In this document: piece by piece, positions 52,481 through 64,000 of the stretch | Numbering within the stretch: the stretch's first letter is position 1 | Layout of the letters: each line of letters begins with the position of its first letter | DNA from: the human T2T-CHM13v2.0 reference genome, Homo sapiens | Assembly (NCBI RefSeq): GCF_009914755.1 | Contig: NC_060941.1 | Length of the DNA: 64,000 bases | Strand: one strand, 5' to 3' | Made by a program: the position numbers and the translations under genes | Notes under the pieces: generated by a model | Database searches by the model: none | What the model was told of the DNA's origin: nothing | Seen by the model: the letters and a program-made list of their open reading frames with translations, nothing else

Positions 52481-53639
52481 GTCACTGATGCTGTGGGTGT
52501 AGCCAGTCTCATCCAGGGAGGGAGGACAGCAGAGGAGGGGTGGACCCCAAGGACTCTGCTTGTACTGGCTGTGCAGCAGAGAATGAGACACATGGCCCGA
52601 GGTGGGAGGAAAATGAGGGGAATCTGCAAGCCAAGAGAAAGGGAACATTTCCAAGAATGGGGTGGTCAGCAGAGGATAGGGTGCCACTAAAAAGGCAATT
52701 AATACACAGACCCCCAAATATCCAGCAGCTATCAATGGGAAATCATCAGTGAGTTTAGGGGAAGAAACTCAGTGGTGTGATGTGGGCGGGGGGTGGGGTT
52801 GAGAAGCGAACAAGAGAAGCGGATGGATACCGTGAGTTTAGATGACTTCTGAGAAGTTTGGCTGCAAAGGGGAGGAGGAGGAGGATGGTGGCAGCTGCAG
52901 AGAGACGTGGGGTTGTAGGGGGTTTCAGAGAGAGGCACTTCAGCGTGTTCCCGTGGCAAGGGGAAGTGGCCAGTATGATGCAGTGGATACCATGGGTGCT
53001 GCTCAGATGCCCTCTTCCAGCACTGAGCGATGATTTCCCAAAGGACAGGGAGGGTCAGCAGCCAATAGCACTCATCTGAGCCTCTCTCCAGGATGTGTCC
53101 TGGGCTGAAGAGAGCTGCTCTGCCCAAATCCATGCCCTCCCTTCTCCCACCTTACAAGGCAGCCCATATCCAGTGGCCTGGCCCCCTGGCCATAATGGGA
53201 CACAAGACTGAGGCTGTCCCAGCTCCAGGGCTTCCCATGGGGTGGCTGAGGCCTTAGAAGGGGCTGTGCCCCAGCTCAGCTTCTCCCTCAGCCACTCCTG
53301 CTGGCTCCACCCCTCAGGCATTGGTCCCGAGATCACGCCCAGCAAGCCCCCTGCCAACGTCTCTGTTTCCTGGGACATTCAACCTGAGACAGCAGCTAAA
53401 TAGCAAGAAGAGGGGCCAGTGATCATGGATATTTCCTGAAAAAACAGATGAGCTGTACCCTGGAGAAATGTCTGCTCTGAGGTACCGAGGAAAGGAGGCC
53501 AGTGAGGCCGTGGTGAGGGAGGGCTGAGCTTTGTGATGGGATGTTAAGTGTGTCCACCATTCCGGGAGGTGGAGGTGGGTCACCTGTTGAGAGAGGGAAG
53601 GCTGGGAGGGCCAGGGGTTGGAGGGAATGAAGACCCAAA

Positions 53640-56139
<2,500 letters not shown>

Positions 56140-57634
56140 TTACTTGCACAGGATTGGGCACGTCCCCAGACTTAGCAACCAAGTGGGCACCATGGCCTTT
56201 CTGAGAGTAGCTTCAGGGGCAGACTATAGGCTGCAGGAGGACTTAAGGGCATCTGCTGAGAGGCAGTGGGCTTGGGGAGAGATCCCCGTGGCAGCCCTTA
56301 TCAGCTGTGCCACTGTCGCTCCTTTTTATAGCTCTCCCCATCCAGACGGAGCTTCAAGAGGGAAGACACCACTTCTACATTCTTTGTGTTTCAGAACAAT
56401 CCAATTCATTCCAAACCTATTCGATGCACACCTACAGTGCTCACCATGCATGTGCTCAGGGCTGGGGACGTATGACTGAGCCTCGGACTTCTGGTGAGGG
56501 GCACGGTAGGTCCCTAGACTGTGCAAATGAAGCTCTGGGCCAGGTTCTGCCACCAACCTGCCATGTGGCTGCAGGTGATTTATGATGTTCTCTCTAGAGG
56601 TTTCCTCATTGGTGGTAGGTGATTTCTGAAGCTCCCCTTCATGACAAAAATGTGATAATTCTAGGACCTCTCTGCCTGCTGCTGTATTATTTGCCCACTG
56701 AGGCCTTGGCAGGGTCAGAAGCCTGGGGTGGTGAAGGAGATGGTGAGCGGACACCTTTCCAAGATCTCCCTGCCTTTCAGCTCCTTGTCTTGGGGACCCA
56801 ATGTCCTTGGCCTTAAGGCCCCACATGCTCTGTCCCTTACAGCTCTCCAGCCTCACCTCATACCCATGCTCCCTGGTTTTCTGGGCTCCAGTTACAATGG
56901 TCTTCTCTCAGATTTTGTTCTCCCCACAAGCTTTCCTGCCCCAGAGCCTTTACACATGCCACTCCCACTGACTAGCACCCTTCCCTTAACCCCTCTGCTC
57001 GACTCCTCTTCATTCTTTACTGCTTCTCTCAAATGTGGCTTCTGCAGAAGCATCTCAGGTCCCTGGGCAACATTCACACCCCATGACACACCTTCCGAGC
57101 ACTCTACACTTCTGCTAGCTCTTGTACAAATGTGATAACCAAGTAATTATCTGCTTACTGTCTATCTAGTTTCACCCTTGGACTCAAATGAGAGGGGTCC
57201 CTGCCATGGGTCCTCTTGCAGGAGAAGGCTCCTGTGTCTGTGGCTCTCCCCACAGGGTGAGGAATCTGGGGAGCCCTCTTGAAGCCTGGACCTGCCCTTT
57301 AGAACATGCTTCTGATACATGGGGCCCCAGCATGCCCCGCCCAAATAGCTCCAAGCCCATTCCCTCAAGGGTGGACTACGTCACCAGTGGGGTAGCCAAG
57401 CGGCAGCTGGCTGCAGGGGGTATGGGCAGTTGGCACACATGGACTACGATGTCCACATATGTGCCCGTGAGCCTCTGCTTGGGGGAGGAGGGCTCTGTGG
57501 GAGGGAAGATGAGAGGGAAGGCTGAGCCCAGGGCCTGCCCTTCTCCGGCCACCACATTTGGGCATGGAACTTGGAAAAGTCAAAGAAGTTTAAATTAGAA
57601 CCTGGCCTTCCAGGTCATTATCAAGACACATTTG

Positions 57635-59188
57635 TCAAAGTAGGAGAATAGAACATATTTTATTTAACAGTTGTTAGCTTGATTGATAACTTTTAAATAT
57701 TTAGACATATGGTATGAGGCCCCTGTGTGTACTCTTGCCCTGGCCCTGTTGGCAATGGGGTGGGCTTGGGTCAGCCTCACCCATCAGACCACAAGCTCCA
57801 CCAGGGCAGGCAGCCCATGCAGTGCCCCTGCCCAGAGCACAGCACCTGGCACAGAGGAGCAGACAATAAATACCGGCTGTGAGAAACAAATGGGATAATC
57901 CAAGCCGAATGCTTGGCATGGTGCAAATGTCCAATAAATATCAGCTGTCATTGTCTGTTGAATAAATGAACAGGTGGGTTGGTGGGGCTGGGGGCCAAGA
58001 GCCACAAGCTGAGGTGGCTTGTGTCTGAGGAGGGAAGGGACCCGCTGTTCCCTGGGGTTCACGCTTCCTTTCTTGAGGTTGTGTCCTCCTTCCCCACACC
58101 CTGCAGGCCTGCCCAGCTCTTCGTGGCAAAGCGGGCCCCAGATGGGTGTACTTGTGTGTCAGAGTGCCAAGAGGGGCTGGGAGCTCCTGCTAGGGCTATG
58201 TCCCCCTCCCCTAGGACAGAACAGCTGGGACAGTTTCCCTCTTTGCCTTCAGGGGCCTCCCCAGGTCCAGACAGAACACACCCAGCTTAGTTCCTTTCTT
58301 TTCACATAGGCCCAAAGGTTGGATGGGTGGTAGCTGAAAGAACTGATTTTCCCCCTACCCAGGCTGTACTCTGGTGTGGGAGGAGCCTTTTCTGGGGAAT
58401 GAGGTCACTCACTGGACCTTGAGCAAGTCACACTGCTGCTGCAGGCCTCAGCGTCCTTGTCTGTAAAATGGGATGGTGTGTGGAACTGGTGCATGCCGAG
58501 CGGCAGATGCAAGGTGTGCACTTGGTGAATGGGAAGAAGCCTTGCACAGAACACCAGTGGGTCAAGGACAGCAGAGGCCCGGGACCCCCAACAGGAAAGC
58601 AGATGAAACTGGCCCACAGCCAGCCTGTGAGAGGCTCAGGCAGGAGGTCATCCCTGAGGCCTGAGGAGGATAGCTTCAGCAGCCCACACTGAAGGCTGGG
58701 TCAGTCCTGTTTCCACAGTGGGGAAGTGATCAGAGCTGCCTCATGACTGGCACAGTGCCAGCACAGGGCCAGGGCCCACAGGGTCTCTGTGAAGGCCTCC
58801 ACGAGGTGAGGGCCAGAAGCAGCCAGGAAGCCCTCCATCAAACTCCTCCTCCCAGCACCTACCATTCCAGAAAACAAACTCTCACCCCCACACACGCTAT
58901 CGCACACGCACAGTAGGCGCGATGCAACAGAGAAAAAACCGAATTAACCCCCAAACAGGACGTGACGGGAAGGGAAGGGGGGATGGGGAGTTGGGAAGAA
59001 GGAATCACATTTTGCAAACTGCCCACTAGGGGTCACCGTACCCTCAGAACCGAGGGTGCAGAAGTCACACCGGCCTGCGGCTATGCGCTGGCGGAGGGTC
59101 CCAGAGAGAAGAAGGCCCGGCTGCGTGGCCTCCGCCGCCCAGCTTGTGTGGCAGGACCGCGGCCGCCGCCCCAGTCACAGGCCAGCAG
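57635..59188 (-). other. ARHGAP27: ARHGAP27 3'UTR (~1.55 kb), containing MIR/L2-like remnants
   Basis: Runs from the stop codon to the first canonical AATAAA I could find (57659-57664); the cleavage site is inferred. Confidence 0.7.
57659..57664 (-). terminator. Polyadenylation signal AATAAA of ARHGAP27
   Basis: Plus strand tttatt; on the minus strand it is followed by U-rich sequence (TATGTTCTATTCTCCTACTTTG). Confidence 0.7.
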
Positions 59189-59366
59189 TCAGTGCGGCGG
59201 GAAGATGTCCGCGCACTGCTGCAGGATGAGCTCCACCACCTGGTTCTGGAACACCATGGTCATGGGCATGCTGGTCTCTTCCACCTCGGGCCGCAGCAGC
59301 GTGGGCCCGAACACAATGGCCACGCTCTGCACCGACATGCGGTTCTGCTCGCCGTGCTCGATCACC
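59189..59366 (-). CDS. ARHGAP27: ARHGAP27 last coding exon: VIEHGEQNRMSVQSVAIVFGPTLLRPEVEETSMPMTMVFQNQVVELILQQCADIFPPH*
   Basis: Acceptor ccacag|; NxMxxxxxAIVFGPTLL signature; TGA stop at 59189-59191 (minus strand). Confidence 0.96.
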
Positions 59367-59476
59367 CTGTGGCAGGGGTGGGTGGGTTCAGGGCTCCGAA
59401 CTGCGAACTGCGGGGAGGCGCTGGGGGCTTCAGCCGGGACCTGCCTCCCCCTTCCCGCGCGGGCCGCCCGGCTCAC

Positions 59477-59582
59477 CGGCAGAGGTGCTGGAAGAGCATC
59501 CGCAGAGTGTCGTGGTTGGGAGCGGGCAGCGAGCGCACCAAGTCACGCACACAGCGGCTGCGCCGGGCCTGGTCCTGCAACT
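59477..59582 (-). CDS. ARHGAP27: ARHGAP27 RhoGAP exon: KLQDQARRSRCVRDLVRSLPAPNHDTLRMLFQHLCR
   Basis: 106 nt, phase 1/2; acceptor cccag|AG, donor |GTGAG; LPxxNxxTLxxLxxHL signature. Confidence 0.95.
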
Positions 59583-59715
59583 CTGGGTGAGGGAAGGTTT
59601 AGAGGGAGGGAGTCGGAACGGGAGGTAGGGGGTATCGGCTGGGCGAGGGGAGCCTGCTAAAGGGGTGCCCCGCCACGCCCCTACCCCATCCGCCCCACCT
59701 GCCCCAGGTGCTCAC

Positions 59716-59850
59716 TGATGGCCGCAATGAACTGGCGGAAGTGCGAGAAGGGGAAGAGGGGCTCGGGCAGCTCCCGAAAGAAGAGCTTCAGGGCTCCGGT
59801 GATAACGTGGACGTCCTCCCAGCGCCCGTCATCCAGGTCAAGGCGCTCAT
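59716..59850 (-). CDS. ARHGAP27: ARHGAP27 RhoGAP exon: DERLDLDDGRWEDVHVITGALKLFFRELPEPLFPFSHFRQFIAAI
   Basis: 135 nt, phase 1/1; acceptor ccacag|, donor |GTGAG; LKxFFRELPEPL RhoGAP signature. Confidence 0.96.
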
Positions 59851-59939
59851 CTGTGGCGGAGGAAGGGAGGAGGACGGAAGGGAAATCAGTACCCCTTGCG
59901 CCTTCAGGCCCTGGGGCAGGGGTTGGGGACGGGCCTCAC

Positions 59940-60017
59940 CGTGGTCCACCTTATAGCGTAGCTTCTGGATGGTGGCCAGGTTTCCACTGATGCGGTACAG
60001 CCCGTCGATGTCCAGCC
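59940..60017 (-). CDS. ARHGAP27: ARHGAP27 coding exon with catalytic arginine finger: GLDIDGLYRISGNLATIQKLRYKVDH
   Basis: 78 nt, phase 1/1; acceptor cccag|, donor |GTGAG; GLYRxSG arginine-finger motif is intact. Confidence 0.96.
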
Positions 60018-60219
60018 CTGGGCCAGAGGGAGGCGCTGATCCCGGGTTCAGGGATGGGGATAGGGTGGGGCTACGGGTCCCTGCTATGACTCCCACTCGG
60101 GGCCTCCCGTACTTTCCCCCTGGACCCTGCGTCCATCCAGGGGTCTCCAGCCTGCGGTCCTGGCAGGAGGCCTGCGGGCACCCCAATGCCTGCCGCCCTC
60201 ACCCCCGCAGCGCACGTAC

Positions 60220-60318
60220 CGCGGGCCTCGACGGCGCGGATGCACTGCTGCACGAAGCGTGGCACCCGGCTCCTCTCGCGCTCACACAGCGCGGCCAGCG
60301 CGCAGCCGAACACCTGGT
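60220..60318 (-). CDS. ARHGAP27: ARHGAP27 coding exon, start of RhoGAP: DQVFGCALAALCERERSRVPRFVQQCIRAVEAR
   Basis: 99 nt, phase 1/1; acceptor ccctag|, donor |GTACG; VFGxxL...VPxFVxxCI RhoGAP N-terminal signature. Confidence 0.95.
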
Positions 60319-60400
60319 CTAGGGCAGAGGCTCATCAGCTCCTGCCCAGCCTGCGCCCCGTCCCGGTCCCGGGTCCCCGCCCCCCGCAGGCCTCGGGTAC

Positions 60401-60523
60401 CTTTGATGTAGCCCTTCTCCCGCAGCGACTGCAGTGTGGGCCGCCTCTGGAGGAACTTGCGGAGCTTGTGCCGGACCTTGCTCAAGTCGCTCTCCAGGCC
60501 CACGGGGCCCAGGGCGGGCGCGG
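60401..60523 (-). CDS. ARHGAP27: ARHGAP27 coding exon: AAPALGPVGLESDLSKVRHKLRKFLQRRPTLQSLREKGYIK
   Basis: 123 nt, phase 1/1; acceptor ggcag|, donor |GTACC; the LxKFLxRRPTLQSLREKGYIK motif is typical of the ARHGAP9/12/15/27 family just before the GAP domain. Confidence 0.93.
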
Positions 60524-60648
60524 CTGCCGCGGGGAAAGGCAGGACTGAGTCAGGAGGCAGCGCCAGGGCAGGCCAGGCAGGCCCCAGCAACCGTCACTCC
60601 CCAGGAGAGGCCTCCTGGAGCCCCCACCCCATCCTGCCTTGCGCACAC

Positions 60649-60757
60649 CTGCATTCGGTCGCGCGTCCTCCTCTTTCTCCTGCCAGCTTCCCAAGCGCTC
60701 GCTCGACCCGAAGTCCACTCTGCTGCTCTCGCTCTCCTCTGGGGGCAGCTCTGCGGA
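60649..60757 (-). CDS. ARHGAP27: ARHGAP27 coding exon, PH-GAP linker: SAELPPEESESSRVDFGSSERLGSWQEKEEDARPNA
   Basis: 109 nt; acceptor aatccag|, donor |GTGTG; stays in frame with both neighbours; peptide is visible in ORF 60482..60853(-). Confidence 0.88.
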
Positions 60758-61681
60758 CTGGATTCCCATAGCCTCAGAGAGGCGGGGCCTTGAGCCAGCT
60801 GCGGGTCCTTCCAGGATGGGGCAAGGGACCCGAAATGCACTCCCAACAGGCATGGCCTGGAGACCCTCAGCGAAGAGTCCTCTCTTCCCTTAACCAGGTT
60901 AACTCTCCTTACCTCCACCAGTGAGCCTGAGAACATTCACCTCCCTTAGCTGCATGGAGCCCTTAAGGTGCAGAGACAGTCATCCTGTTCTCCCACACCC
61001 CTTCCTATCCTGGGGACTCCTACCCACCTGGTGCCTTCTTTCTCTATTTTCCTCAGCTCCTCTAACTGGGTCAGCATTCCTCAATACGTGGCTCCCAGTT
61101 CTGAGCCTGCACCTCCAGCTGTGGCCGGAGCACTGCCAACAACTGCACCAATATCACCTCTCTGGCTCTGGATTCCTACCTCTATTAATACAGCCAAAAG
61201 CTTCACTCAATGTTGGCTCATAGGGAATTAAGGGTCAAAAAGCCCCAGGTCATTTCCAGGTCAGTAGTTGTCAGAGGGCCCCTGTCCTAGCTCTACTTAT
61301 GCAATTGGTGTTTTCAGCCTTAAAAAAATGGTCGACTATTGAAATCAATCCTTTAAAATTTTATCTGCTAGTTTCAGCCTGCCATTGGTTGGCTTGCAGA
61401 GTATTTATTTGGCCTTCTGCCTCCCGTGAAATGGGAACTTCCTTTAGAATGTGCCCTACCCTCACCTGGAGAGTCTTCCTGCAGGGCCAACCCCAGGGCT
61501 GGATTCACAGACTTACAGAAGGCAGTTTCTTCAGCCGCCTACCCTGCCATCCTAGCCATTAGTGGGGACTGCATTTGCATTACCCACTGGTACCTTAGAG
61601 CTCCCTGAGCCTGAGCAGAGGGCCCCACTCATAATGGCCACCCCCTCCCCACTGCCCCTAGAGGCCCTGGGCTCTGCTTAC

Positions 61682-61780
61682 CAGCTCCTGGATGCCCTGA
61701 GCAATGGCCTTATGCCAGGTGCTGATGATGGCCTCCGAGTCGTGCTGGATCAGGTACTCAGAGCCATCTCGGCTCCGTAG
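61682..61780 (-). CDS. ARHGAP27: ARHGAP27 internal coding exon (C-terminal part of PH domain): LRSRDGSEYLIQHDSEAIISTWHKAIAQGIQEL
   Basis: 99 nt, phase 0/0; acceptor gtccctccag| and donor |GTAAG on the minus strand; contains the PH-domain C-terminal helix Trp (TWHKAI). Upstream exons lie beyond the window. Confidence 0.92.
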
Positions 61781-62186
61781 CTGGAGGGACACAAGTCAGT
61801 GGGTCATCTCTGGTACCCTGGGTCTGCCCTGGGGGTTGGCCCTAGTTGGGGGTAGGTACAGAGATAGAGGTGACCTGTCCCTGCCCCCAGGCACTCAGAG
61901 CTTAATGGAGCAAGGGCCTCACCCCAGGCTAAGTCTTGGATCTCTGCCTCACGTAAAGCAGTGGCTGACAGCATCTCTGTGTTACAGATGAGCAAACTGA
62001 GGCTCAGCAAGTTTTAGCTGCTTCCTCATGGGCACACAGCTAGTGAGTGATGAGCACAGAGCTGCATGGCTCAATTGTCTGGTACACTTTCCCTCCCCCA
62101 TCCTGCCTCCCTGCAAGCCACAGAACATGGCAGGCCTCATGCAGAGCACTGGCCTGCAAACTAAGTGAAAGAAACTTCCTATGTGA

Positions 62187-63912
<1,726 letters not shown>

Positions 63913-64000
63913 ACATTTATCCTGCTGACCGCACAGGCAAATGCTAGCAGCTTTTGGCGGACTGTTGCTGAAGTTTTCTGTAACTCGGGGTGACTAGAAA

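Larger units (their letters stand above)
58900..60790. promoter_or_regulatory. Gene-body (3') CpG island covering the RhoGAP exons
   Basis: Visibly high GC and CpG density in both the exons and the short introns, in contrast to the CpG-depleted flanks. Confidence 0.8.

Noticed and set aside
58962-59660. 232-aa + strand ORF overlapping ARHGAP27
   Set aside because: Antisense shadow of GC-rich coding exons and CpG island; non-ATG start, no independent evidence.
59189-61780. Possibility that the gene is a duplicated ARHGAP27 pseudogene copy
   Set aside because: All eight exons have canonical splice sites, a continuous frame, an intact arginine finger and the expected C-terminus. A genome alignment would be needed to exclude a very recent paralogue formally.

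Overview
Primate (most likely human) genomic DNA, very Alu-rich. The right end holds the last eight coding exons and 3'UTR of a minus-strand gene. Spliced at GT-AG junctions, they give an uninterrupted reading frame encoding the end of a PH domain plus a complete RhoGAP domain ending ...ADIFPPH*, which I recognise as ARHGAP27. From recalled gene order (17q21.31), the remaining ~57.6 kb would be intergenic DNA towards MAP3K14/NIK, which is not itself in the window. That interval is a patchwork of about 45 Alus, nested L1 fossils, MaLR solo LTRs, MIR/L2/MER5 remnants and microsatellites, with one orphan CpG island at ~35.4-35.7 kb. I found no convincing new protein-coding or RNA system, and nearly all ORF-track entries are repeat-derived or chance GC-rich frames. 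The most interesting observations are: a possible intronic poly(A) route to a GAP-less ARHGAP27 isoform; a near-perfect 8x25-bp palindrome-rich minisatellite inside an old L1PB 3'UTR; a ~250-bp dispersed local duplication; a 5'-inverted Alu; and several motif clusters (ARE/AP-1, kB/EICE/RUNX, STAT/kB, CTCF) that are candidate regulatory elements. Repeat boundaries and subfamily calls were made by eye and are approximate.
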